A stretch of 28,843 nucleotides of DNA from Macrostomum lignano (Eukaryota), in the NCBI GenBank assembly GCA_002269645.1, contig NIVC01002671.1:1-28843 (forward strand), in the 5' to 3' direction. Positions 1-11,073 of the stretch are shown here, piece by piece. The number at the start of each line of letters is the position of its first letter. Positions within the stretch are counted from its first letter, which is position 1. A program made the translations under genes and the position numbers. The notes below the pieces were generated by a model. That model made no database searches. It saw nothing but the letters and a program-made list of their open reading frames with translations, and was not told where the DNA came from.

Positions 1-1572
1 CTAAGTTCTTGAACATAGTTGCTTCAAATAGATAATTAGATAATAGATTTTATTGGTTAATTAAGTAAGTTTTAAGAGGGCCGGGGCTGGTGTCAAACCA
101 CTCTAATTATCCTTAACTTTATGTCCCCTATACTGTGTGACTGGCTGACCGTCTTATCAGGCCGACCTGATAATTGCTCCTCAAATATACGTTCGCATCA
201 CATAATTGATTTTGCCGTCGAAGGGTTGCAAACAGCCTTGACCAATCGACATTTAAGTAGAGTGGCAATTACGCTCGTATAGCTCGTATAACAGCATAAA
301 GAGAAGCTGATACGGTCGAAAGTGCCAAATAATTGGAATGCAATGAATTCTTACGCAGCACAAAAACGCGCGGCGAACTGGTCAACGGCGGAACTGGAGA
401 CGCTGCAAGAAGCAACGACCGAACGGAAAAGTTACCTGGAGAGCCCCAAGCGAATTTTCGCAAGAAACGCGGATGGCAGCAAATTGCCGATATCGTGAAT
501 GCAGTCGGTGGACAAGGACGTTCTGGAGAGAACTGCCGAAAGCGGTGGTCCGACTTCAAGAGTCAACTGAAGCACAAAGTAGCCAGCATCCGCAAGGAGC
601 AAGCTAAGACGGGAGGCGGTCCATCGCAGGCCCCACAGCTGTCGAGTTTAGAGGAGAAGGCGGCGCAGTCCATCCGAAAACAGGTCGTGGAAGGCGTGCC
701 ACGTGGTGTTGACACGCTGCAGCTGCCTAAATCCAATAGTGCAGCATCAAGCTTGGCGGCCAAGTACATTGATATCGCAAGTGCGCCTGCTGATGAATTT
801 TCCGAAGCTGTTGGCAGAAGCACATCGCCTGAGTACGAGACAGCTGACGACGAAAAAAGTGAAGAGTCTGTTGCTAACCCCGCTGCCAAGAACACGAAGC
901 GTCAGCGAAAGCAGAGCAAACTTGGGCTGATCGAAAGCTTAGAAATAAAACGTCTTCGGGTGGAGGAAGCTCGATTGGAAGTTGAAAACGACAGATTGTT
1001 TGTCGAGAGAGAGAGAGGCTGAAGATCGAGACGGAACGTCTACGCGTTGAGCAGGAAAGACTGACGATAGAAAATAAAAATCGAGGCAATGAGAGCAGTC
1101 AACAGCTTAATTTTAATGACATGTGATGCGTCAAAATGGCACTAGGAACGTAATTAAGGAATTCTCTAGGCCTTATTTGTATATGCGAATGAATAAGGCA
1201 CCCTTGTTTGAATGTTTTTTAATGTGCCTAAATACAACAGTGGAATCGACCTGTGTCAAAATGGTCATAGCTCATATTGCTTGTAATGGTAATGGATAAA
1301 TGAGCTTAATTTTGTCTTACTTTAATTTAAGAGTGCAACGTGTTTTTTACGAGCTAAGTTCCAATTACGGTAAAATCAGTTCCAAAAAGACCACTGGCAG
1401 AGGAAAAAGTCAGGCATGAATTCTTAAGTTTGATCGCAGCTACTGCGTAAGTTATGACGCATCTGCGAAAGTTTCACCGAACGCACTTAAGAACGTTCTG
1501 AGACGGTTCTCAACTCTCGTGCGTAAGTTGGATCGTACGACAGAACTTACGAAAGTTTTATAGAACGGGCCC
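1..1572 (+). mobile_element. PIF/Harbinger DNA transposon, right portion (left end and transposase outside the window)
   Basis: Contains a Myb/SANT-like ORF of the Harbinger second-gene type. Subterminal region 1425-1560 is rich in (CG)TAAGTT / TTAAGAACG motifs. Ends ...AGTTTTATAGAACGGGCCC at 1572 (reverse complement GGGCCCGTTCTATAAAAC, a GGGC-type Harbinger terminus). The partner TIR and TSD cannot be checked here. Confidence 0.7.
343..1126 (+). CDS. Myb/SANT-like DNA-binding protein (Myb_DNA-bind_5/MSANTD type, Harbinger-associated), with two apparent frameshifts
   Basis: ATG at 343 gives MNSYAAQKRAANWSTAELETLQEATTERKSYLESP (Myb helix 1). One C missing in CCCC 444-447 joins it to QANFRKKRGWQQIADIVNAVGGQGRSGENCRKRWSDFKSQLK...KTGGG (W..IA..VN, KRW.D.K and TGGG motifs). 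One extra GA unit in (GA)6 near 1004-1015 cuts off a coiled-coil tail (ERLKIETERLRVEQERLTIENK...DM*, stop 1124-1126). Confidence 0.82.
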
Positions 1573-1641
1573 TATGTCCGCAGTGTAGAAGTTCCGACGT
1601 ACGATCAAACTTATGCTACGACAGCTTTATAGTACGACCCC
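1573..1641 (+). mobile_element. Terminus of a second, related Harbinger-like element directly after the first TIR
   Basis: CGTACGATCAAACTTATGCTACGACAGCTTTATAGTACGACCCC aligns with the first terminus TCGTACGACAGAACTTACGAAAGTTTTATAGAACGGGCCC. Confidence 0.5.
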
Positions 1642-2858
1642 TTTGTATGCCTCTCGTAGGCTCCAATCTTAGCTCTACCTCCTCCGTAGGCCTCCGCCTC
1701 AGTGTTAAGGTGAAACTCCACCCCCTTGCGCCCGCCTCTCCTCCTCCGCGCGCTTCCCCTCCGCCTGGATAGGAATGTACACAATTGGCCCGGGGGGAAG
1801 GAATTTCTTGGGTCTTGTACACGCTTGTCCTAATACTTCTGAATATATGCACACGGGTTTTATCTTTACGATCGAATGAGAAAGAACTGTTTTCCAGAGA
1901 GGGCTGTACAACTTTAAGTGGTCTAAGATACTATGTTGGAGGGTAATAGACTAACGCGACAATCTGGTTCTGTTAAGAGTACTCGTGCGCTAGTTAGTTT
2001 ATGGCCAACAAATCGCCTTTGACCTTACAGTGACAGGCTAAAATGAGCTAGCAGTCCATGCAGTGATCTAAGTCTCATTGTTTCTCAGTACATCAAATCA
2101 CTATACCAAATAATAACTCTATGGAATATTTTGCAAATATGCTCGTAATACGAGCGTATAGCTAACCACAAACTCAGGCCAATTAAGAAGCCTTAGAGAA
2201 CACGCTTCCTTTTAGTAACGTGGAATAACGTACTTTAACTACTATATAATAAAATCAACGATACTTGTTGGGGGAAAGCAAAGTTTTTCTTTGTCTTGCT
2301 AACACATTTCATATTTGAAAATAGGATTTTGAATCTTTATAGAATTATTTTTTATATCCGAAATTCAGAAAATACGCTGTCAAATACCATTGGATCCTTA
2401 GAGCGTCGATTAGCAGCTCTGTGGTGTACATACTTTGTTACTTTTACTAGAACTTCCACTATAATTGTAAGAAACATTGTAAAAGAGCGTGAATTCCTAT
2501 TGTGACCCAATAGTTATGTTGGGTCAAAAGAAAATTTTCGCATAATTTTTTACCCTCTTGGGACGCTACAAATCATTACATAGCTCGTGTTTGATTTAAA
2601 ATATGAAAAAATGACCTTGATTTTTGAAAAGAGAATTGAAAGACGGTTCCAATGAATATTTTTTCATTTCTAAGGCTTTCATTTTTTGGTGTGTTGGGAC
2701 GCACTTGTTGGGCCTGGCCCAACACTTTTTTGGTCCTAATAGCACGGGTCACTTTATACACGCACACACACACACACACTGATTTTTGGCCTGACGAAGA
2801 GAACGGAGGCTTGAAACCGGTAGACTATATTCGAAAAAAATTTTTAACACGCCGTGAC

Positions 2859-2860
2859 CT

Positions 2861-2935
<75 letters not shown>
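2859..2935. repeat. (TC)n microsatellite (a short (CA)n lies at about 2763-2778)
   Basis: Directly visible dinucleotide run. Confidence 0.95.
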
Positions 2936-3295
2936 ACCTCTTTCCCCACCTCTGTAGACGCTCATAGAGCTGTTGTTCACGACCAGCTTGTGAAAGACCT
3001 CTCGCTGAGCTAGCTCTGGTTTGAGCTGTTTGGTTGTAAAATTGCATGCGCTTTCCATGACGAGCGAGCGACGTGGCGCAGAGGGCGGCGCGCAGATGAA
3101 TAAGCTGGTGAGCAAACCCCCCACCCCACGTAGGGGTACAGAGGACAGCGCACAAAAGCGCACAATGTACAGCGCGAGGAGGGGTGGATGGCTAACACCC
3201 ATTTCACTCCAGGCTCACAAAGGAGCCCTAAGAGAAATGGAGGCATTGGCTCGGATATGAATACATACAAGTCTATATAAATTCGTCTCCCTTTG

Positions 3296-3457
3296 GCGCC
3301 CCAGACACTCATTTTGCGCCTCAGACACACATTTTTGCGCCTCAGACACATATTTTTGCGCCTCAGACACTCATTTTGGCGCCTCAGGCATTCAGGCAAT
3401 TAAGGTAGGGCGGAGGGACAAAGCATTGGCATTTCCCCCTTGGTGGCGACGTGTCTG
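3296..3457. mobile_element. hAT-like MITE remnant with about 4.5 tandem 20-21-bp units (GCGCCTCAGACACWCATTTTT, 3296-3390)
   Basis: The tandem units are visible. GGGACAAAGCATTGGCATTTCCCCC matches the reverse complement of a segment near 22503-22527 (GGGGGCAAAGCATTGGCATGCCCCC). It ends TGGCGACGTGTCTG, like TGGCGACGGCCCCTG at 22610. No TSD found. Confidence 0.45.
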
Positions 3458-4046
3458 TTATTTTTTATGCGTAAAAGACGGAAATGCATAACATGGATGG
3501 GTGTACATACACTCAGCAACATGTTAGTTTCCACCCCAGTGTTGTCAACAAGTAGGCAGCTTTAACCCAACTCTAGCCATCACTCTCCACTCCTCACCAG
3601 CCTAAGCTGGGGCCTTGTCCGCGAATTGCATCACCCGACAGTTAAAACGAGAACCGCTGGGTGTTGCGAATTGCGTCACTCGGGGCTGAGATCTGGGAAA
3701 AATTGGCCACTGGTTTTTTAGAGTGGAAACTTTGGAGTGGAAATGCAATGCTCTTTGCTATCTCATCTAGCTTATTAGTGATAAACGGCCGTTTGGGATA
3801 GCAATCGGCCGATAGCCGATCGGCAGGGCAGAGACAGGGCTTGGTGAGGCTCACTATGCAATCGACTGACGGATGCTTTACACGAACTTTATACCGCCTC
3901 CATTTCAGGCGTCTGAGCGTAGCCGAGAACAAGCTGCTCCCCCCAGCCAACTCAGACTGTGTGAGCACAGAAAAAAGCGATAATTGAACAGAGCGTTGGA
4001 ATCGAGCCCAAGGGCTGCCTAAAGACCAGACAAAAGAGGCAGCTCG

Positions 4047-7000
4047 ATGACAAAGCAAGAGCTGTTCTTTCGAACACTACTTGTATTCGGTGTCGTCTTT
4101 GTAAGTCACAGCTGTTACTTTTTACCTCATTTCGGACTTTGGTGTCTGTCTAAGCATTAATTGTTAATCATTGAGTGTAAGTCAGAGCAAGCACAAAGCA
4201 AATGCAATCCTCTGAAGCTCTCACGAGGCACAGGAGATGAAAAGTTACGAAGATTTTGTTCCGACCTTCCAATTAACATCTGCTTCTCTGCATGTTGTGG
4301 AGCGGCGAAAAGCACAATATTAAAAGTGCACATTTAGCTTAGTTTGTTACGTTAAATATATTTATATATATTCGGAAACGGAAACTGCCGAGTGTAGTTG
4401 ATATAGGAGCCAAAAAGGTTATTCAACTTAACAATTATATTTGCTAACTAACTAAATAAATCTTAAATTCTTTCTTCCACCGATATTTAGCAACTTATTA
4501 CAGCATTGATTAATTACTCTGACGTACAAAGCTGTAGGGTAGGCACAAAACCAAAAACAAAACACAAGGCTAGCGCGGACTCGCTACGAGCACGTAGTTT
4601 AGACTAGAGTCTTAAGGCCGGCTCACATTACCGCTACCAATGTACAGTTGGTTGGCATGCCTAGTCTATGGTAGCTGTTGCTAGCTGGAGCTATTCTGCA
4701 TAGTCTATGGTAGCTGTTGCTAGCTGGAGCTATTCTGCATAGTCTATGGTAGCTGCTGCTAGCTGGTGCTATTCGGCATAGTCTATGGTAGCTGCTGCTA
4801 GCTGGTGCTATTCGGCATAGTCTATGGTAGCTGCTGCTAGCTGGTGCTATTCTGCATAGTCTATGGTAGCTGCTGCTAGCTGGTGCTATTCGGCATAGTC
4901 TATGGTAGCTGCTGCTAGCTGGTGCTATTCTGCATAGTCTATGGTAGCTGCTGCTAGCTGGTGCTATTCTGCATAGTCTATGGTAGCTGCTGCTAGCTGG
5001 TGCTATTCGGCATAGTCTATGGTAGCTGCTGCTAGCTGGTGCTATTCTGCATAGTCTATGGTAGCTGCTGCTAGCTGGTGCTATTCTGCATAGTCTATGG
5101 TAGCTGCTGCTAGCTGGTGCTATTCGGCATAGTCTATGGTAGCTGCTGCTAGCTGGTGCTATTCTGCATAGTCTGCTCGTACTGCATAATTTCTCAAAGC
5201 AGCGATTTTCTCCCGACTATCTAGGTAGGGATCGGCAAACTATTTTACCTTAAGGGCCAGATAGAGAACCTTGCACCGGCCCAGAAGAGGAGGAGAGAGG
5301 AGAGAGGAGAGAAGAGAGAAGAGAGAAGAGAGAAGAGAGAAGAGAGAAGAGAGAAGAGAGAAGAGAGAAGAGAGAAGAGAGAAGAGAGAAGAGAGGAGAG
5401 AGAAGAGAGAAGAGAGGAGAGAGAAGAGAGAAGAGAGGAGAGAGAAGAGAGAAGAGAGAAGAGAGAAGAGAGAAGAGAGGAGAGAGGACAGAGAAGAGAG
5501 CAGAGAGGACAGAGAAGAGAGCAGTGAGGAGAAAAAGAATGTTTAGCGATTTTCTAGACACCTGTTATCTTATGCCTTCAGACAGTGGAGGAAAAAACGA
5601 CAGCACCGAAGATGCTTTTTGTCGTCACATTTTAGATATAAAACCAGCAGTGCCTCTTTGGGCCTCAAGATCGTGTGCGTTCTCTACAACTTCATCCCCT
5701 GCCACCGATGGTGTTGGATACCGCTTAGTTAGCGGGTTTACACAACAGCGCATGCAATCAAATCAGAAATAGACCTGCCCATTACTACGGGGGCGAGGGT
5801 TAGGTGGTTAGCTGGTCGGGGTTGGCCATCAGTCCCGGACGTGCCAGCTGCTCCTCTCAAGGAGCGGCCTCCGCGCCGGGCTCATTTAGAATCCTCCGGC
5901 CGGCCGTGTCGGCCTGTCAACCGTCTGGGTCAACTTTCCGCCTCGCCTTTGAGTCTAAAATGAATGGGAACTGCTGTAGCCTTTCCATGCGCTGCTTGTA
6001 CTATTGTAGACCCTATGAGCTGCATAGAATGCCGCCATATTTCCGAAGTGCGGCTGCGCCTAAAACGCGTAATTTGCATTTTTTCGATGTAGCATAAGAG
6101 TTTACGGTCCCACGCGCATGTTCTTCAGTGTTTCAAATAAAAAGGAGAGACAGTGGAGGCGCTCGCTTCACTTTTCTCTCGCCCGCATTTGCGGGCCTAA
6201 AGGCATGGCCACTGACCGTGCTTCGAGTTCAATTCTTTGTTATCCGACGTGAGCAGAAGGTGCAGGCAGGACGCAAAATCCTACCTGTTACAATGGTTCC
6301 CTGACCTCGTGAGTCTGCTGGACGAAATTCCTGTCACGAAGGATAACAGAGGGTTGAATAGAAGCCAGTTGACGGACAGCACAACATCAACAAATCAGGA
6401 TCCGGCGACCAGAGGACATCTTGCGTCGTTGGTGTGCTTGACGGCATTAAGTCGGAACGGTGGTTCAGTTCAACTGCCACCACGGTGCAGCCGCAGCCCC
6501 AGCTGACGCGTGTTCAACAGCCGTTCGGATGGATCGACAAGAAGAGTCAGCCCCGACGTCACTGTCTCGGCGACCGGCATGCAGATCAATTTTCCTGCCC
6601 TGAGAGGCGATCCGTCTCAAAAGCGGAGCAGTGTTTCGGTCCAAAGGCCAAGAGTCGTCTCTCCACAGCAAGAAGTCTGTGAGGGAAATTTGCGGTGCAT
6701 CCGGAAAGAAGACCGGAGCACGATCGATGCATGCAATGGACATACCAGTCAAGCTACTTAAGATAGCTCACGAGGACTGCATGCCCGCGTTTCCGAGGTG
6801 GCGGACTTCGATGCTGACCCCCTTAGAGCAGCGCGTATTGAGGAATGGTGCGACCCGGCTGGAGGAGTTCAACATTACTATACTAATGGCTGGTATTTTC
6901 AAGTACGGTTCAACTTTCAACAATACTTCGGGGTGTCGAAGTTTTTTGAACCACGGAGGGATATGAGCTGCATAAAATGCCGCCATATTTCCGAAGCGCG

Positions 7001-10000
7001 ACTGCGCCTAAAACTTGCTGCGTAATCTGCATTTTTTCTATGTCCCCCACAAGAGTTGTGGGGCATAAGAGTTTACGTTAACACGCGCAAGTTCTTCAGT
7101 GTTTCAAATAAAAAGGAGAGACAGTGGAGGCGCTCGCTTCACTTTTCTCTCGCCCGCATTTGCGGGCCTAAAGGCATGGCCATTGCCTCGGCTGGGCTGT
7201 AGACCGCAGCAGCCTGGGCCCAGAAATACCGTGCTTCGAGTTCAATTCTTTGTTATCCGACGTGAGCAGAAGGTGCAGGCCGGACGCAAAATCCTACCTG
7301 TTACAGACCCTGCCTGTTTACCCAGCTCTATTGTTCTAGCTTAATTTCTAAGCCCTGAGGGAGAGAGGAGAAGCAGGGGAGAAAAAGAGAGGAGAGGAGA
7401 GGAGAGAGAAAAGGTAGAGCGGAGGTGAGAGAGAACATAACTGAGAAGCGAATTCCGCAATCTGTACTTCTATACTTCTCACCTCGACTTCCGCAATCTC
7501 CCAGGCCGCATGGAAAACTGTCGGCTGGTACTGGTCCGGCAGTCAGAAAATGTCCAGGTCAGTTATTTTGAATCAAGTGCCTTCTGTTGTGCAGCGGCTG
7601 CTGAACCGTGAGCCAAAGAAGCCGCCAACACAGCAGGCTTTGAATCTGTCTCCAACTTCGCTAAAGCTAGTGACGCTAACTGCCAGAACTACACCTACAA
7701 CTCAGAGTACGCGAACAACCACAAGAGCTGCAGTCGCGCCCACAAAGAAAGCTGCACCAGCGTTCAATTCGTCTGCTCGCATACCGCGAATTCTGCACCA
7801 GGCGTTTGCATCCGAGATGGTCTACGAAAACTACCTGCCTTACATTAACGGCTGCATGTCGCTGAACCCGGACTGGACATATTACCTGTGGCGGGACAGC
7901 GACGCGGAGGCGCTGATCAGCTCCGCCTACCCGGAGTTTCTCGCCAAGTACAAAAAATACTCTGACGTGCTGGAGCGGGCCGACTCTATTCGGTACATTG
8001 TTCTGCACCACTTTGGCGGTGAGCGGCTTTGAGGACTTGTTGTTCACCCTGAGCTTTGAGTGCCGAATCGAAGCTGAATCATGCTTAATATAGATGCAAA
8101 ATCGGTCAAATTGGATTGAAAGAAAATACGAGCTATAGCATTTCCCGTATCGACGCACATGAAGTAAAGAAAGAAGCACTCAAGTTCTGCAGGTTGTAAA
8201 GAGCAGGCACTATGGGGTGGCAACCAATTTTCTTTCAGCAGGGTGATCTGTACCTCAGCTCGGTGGACTACTCTCTCATTACCTGCCTATTATGCTGTGT
8301 TACTAACCGTGGTGGTAAATGCGCAATTTGCGCTTTTTTCTAGCGACCCCTGTAGGTTTTGATAAGGGCCCTGCAATCTCAATCGGCTCCCAGGAGTGAC
8401 ATCAGACGTTTTTGTTAAATTGCATCATAGCTCTATGGCTCTTTGACAGTCGCAAATTACAATGCTTCAGGTGTAAACGCATAACAACAACAACAACAAC
8501 AATAACAACAATAAAGTTCGTTGTCAGCCGGTTATGCGAGTCATGAGAGGCAAATCAAATGTATGCATTCACATCTACATAAACTTAAATTTTTGTAAAA
8601 CCGGACACCTAGACTAAGCTTATTTTAGCATAAGCCTAAATGTGACAACAAGTCTGTCAAATGGGGTCGGTCGTCCCTCAGTGGCAGACATGCATCATTA
8701 GGTTTCGTTTTTTTCAGGATCTATTTCAGAGAAAGAATATTTCTGCTATTTGCAGGAATTTACCTGGATATGGACGTACAGTGCGTCAGACCATTCTTCC
8801 CGGCATTGGAGAATCTTAACAGCTTCTTGGACCAGGAGCGAATCGAGCAGACGAACATCTTATGGGGCTGGCCGTTTGGCGTGATGAACTCAGGGATGGG
8901 CTCCGCTCCCGGCCATCCGTTCTTCCGCGAGGTGATCGACGAAATGTTGCGCGAGTCTCGGATTGGCAACGCGTTCACCAGCACGGGCCCGACCATCCTC
9001 ACCCAGGTGTACAAGCGATACACGGCTGCCAAGCATGCGGTGCCGGTCACTATGCTGGAGCCGAAGGTGATGTCGCCCCTCATGGATGGCAACAAGAACT
9101 GGCGCAGCATGTGCGGCTCATTAGGTGAGACCTGTTTTAATTAATTATGCATCGAGTTCTAGGCTGGGGAAATTACTGGTGACAAAAATTTGCGCAGAGC
9201 TCTCAAAACTCGGACTGCTGCTCAAATGTTTTAGTTTTCTATGAATATTTTTTCGTCTCTCATATTGTGACGTTGTTTCCAATTGTCTATGCTTCTAATC
9301 CAATTAAATAAGCCGAAGTTTCGATATGTTTCTCTCGATCTTAGCCTTCAATACGGATGTTTATTTCTAACTGCAATTCCTGATGATTTCAGTTTGAGAT
9401 GGATAATCAACACGCAATTGTTTTAAACAATTCAGAGAAATGAAGAGGGGTTACTAATCCATATTAGTGTACTTCGATCTTGATGTCTCCAGATGGTCTC
9501 TTCGTTGGATCGGGATGCTGGAGTCTTGGGCTCGATTCAAAGGAAGAGGTTTCCGTGTCAGTCTTTTGATTCTAGGTGGGGTTTGATGATAACTCTGGAT
9601 ATTCGTCTGAGCATGCTAGTTTGGACTAGCGAAGGAGCGAAGGAGCGACGGAAGAGGGCGGAGTAGGAGTAGCAGGAGCGGAAAAGGAGGCGAGAGATTC
9701 ATTCTCAGTGAACGCTGGAATATACATGTTTCTATAACGCTTTTTATTGGTGTTCGCGTCACGCAATAGGATATTTAATGCCGCACAAGCATGTGCTGTA
9801 CTTTCCTTCTAAAGTTCACATTAGACTGCAAATTAGCATTGAGCACCACATGTTTCAATTAAGATCACTTACTTTCACTGTGACTTAATTTATAGTCGTC
9901 CAGCGTTTGGGCTTTTTGTGAATTTTGGCTCTCTTCTGACTGAATCTTATCGCTGCAATGCTCAATAACAACAATATCGGTACTGAGGATGGATTGATCG

Positions 10001-11073
10001 GTCGCGAATTAGCCTCTAAAGGTATACTTTTTTCAATATCTCGTTCTTGCATTGCCGAAGCTTTCATTTTGAAGCCTTTAGGTGTCAGCAGCGACGAGCA
10101 GTGCTCGATTGTGATCTAGGGGGGAACGAGTACAGTCTCGGCCGCTTGGCTGTGACTCTCAGTAATAGCAAGCGGAAATATGAATTTCGATTTTTTCCAA
10201 ACCCTTATTTTTACTCTCTCACTGGGTGACAAGATGCGCTAATCTGCTTTCAAAACTTAAAGGTTCGTGCTTAAGGCTCGATAGGCACAGATAGCTGTAG
10301 GCATGCCCTTGCTTCTATTTTTAAAAGCAGCTAGACAACACTTCGTTGACCCTAGCAGATCCTGTGAGCAGGCGTCTACTCAACAGCGAATTAAAACGTG
10401 ATGTGAAATGACACGCGCAGACACGCGCAGAAAACTTTTTACCGACGATTTTCGGCTTGAAAATGTTGCAAGGGGAACAGTTAACCATCGAGCCTATGCT
10501 CAGTTTTACACGTTTTACGAGGACCCAGCACAGGTGCGAATAATGCTTCATCTGGTAGAGTACTTCTCTGCAAAACAATCGATGAACAGCGGGACGGCTG
10601 GGGAGAGAGAAGCAGGATCTAACGCAGGCAGTAGTCGCTATCTCTCGCGTTATTATTTTTCCCTACTGAGCGGCCGTCGCCCGGGCTGGCTGCTCGGGTC
10701 TCTTCTCAAGATACGAGTACTTATAAACGCAGTACAGTGCTTGGCTGGAGAGAGAATTTACTAGCTGGTACTACTAAGTTAGAATCGATTGCATAGTTCT
10801 AATCCAATTCTAATTAATAATTCAATTTTATGCCCCTGCTTTCCAGCTGCAGCCAAATCGAAGCCGGACTCGCGGCGCAGCTGGAAAGAGCGCGGCTGCA
10901 TCATGCTTGAGTCGAAGAACTGGCGCTACGATGACTCGGACAATTCCACAATCTGCGTTCATAGATTCCTTCATCTTGGCTACGGCTCATTCGCCGCGGT
11001 GCGCAAGAAGCCGTTTAACATCACTGCCCGCTTCTGGCCCCGGGTTCGAACTTTCAAACGAAGAGGTAAATGA
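4047..11073 (+). CDS. Glycosyltransferase family 32 (Gly_transf_sug, DXD; SUR1/CSH1/OCH1-like) type II membrane protein, paralog A, about 387 aa
   Basis: Exons 4047-4100, 7505-8018, 8756-9124 and 10847-11073 all have GT-AG sites, compatible phases (0,1,1) and total 1164 nt. N-terminal anchor MTKQELFFRTLLVFGVVF|AAWKTVGWYW. GT32 motifs: IPRILHQ, NPDWTYYLWRD, ERADSIRYIVLHHFG|GIYLDMDV (DXD), NSGMGSAPGHPFF, TGPTILT. Confidence 0.88.
4662..5168. repeat. Minisatellite, 13 x 39 bp (TAGTCTATGGTAGCTGCTGCTAGCTGGTGCTATTCTGCA), in intron 1 of GT32-A
   Basis: 507 bp equals exactly 13 units, with only a few substitutions (CTG/CGG, GTT/GCT, GAG/GTG). Confidence 0.97.
5283..5522. repeat. Purine-rich simple repeat, mainly (AGAGAAG)n; a shorter GA-rich tract lies at about 7357-7440
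   Basis: Directly visible 7-bp unit array. Confidence 0.95.
6014..7305 (+). mobile_element. Non-autonomous LTR retroelement (TRIM-like), 1292 bp, in intron 1 of GT32-A
   Basis: Direct repeats 6014-6292 and 6962-7305 both start TATGAGCTGCAT and end CCTGTTACA. GACCC is duplicated at 6009-6013 and 7306-7310. PBS at 6294-6306; purine tract GGAGGGA at 6955-6961. The 669-bp interior has no recognisable gag/pol motifs. Confidence 0.92.
6294..6306 (+). promoter_or_regulatory. Primer-binding site complementary to the tRNA-Glu 3' end
   Basis: TGGTTCCCTGACC lies 1 nt after the 5' LTR. It is the reverse complement of the eukaryotic tRNA-Glu 3' end ...GGTCAGGGAA-CCA (13-nt match). Confidence 0.85.

Noticed and set aside
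2500-2860. Possible Helitron/Helentron-like element (GTGACCC...GGGTCAC, CA and TC microsatellites)
   Set aside because: The inverted match is only 7 bp and no terminal hairpin-CTAG signature is evident.
3642-4058. 138-aa minus-strand ORF
   Set aside because: No motif; it overlaps the probable promoter/5' region and first exon of GT32-A on the other strand.
2652-5561. ORFs with ERERER, LSLSLS or REKREE repeats (2652-2957, 2749-2949, 2825-3202, 5250-5561, 5271-5546)
   Set aside because: They are translations of microsatellites.
6237-7025. Several overlapping ORFs inside the LTR element as gag/pol
   Set aside because: All are short and show no CCHC, DSG, YxDD or DDE motifs.
9420-10070. Possible minus-strand retroelement remnant in GT32-A intron 3
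   Set aside because: No RT, integrase or GIY-YIG motifs could be read in any frame.
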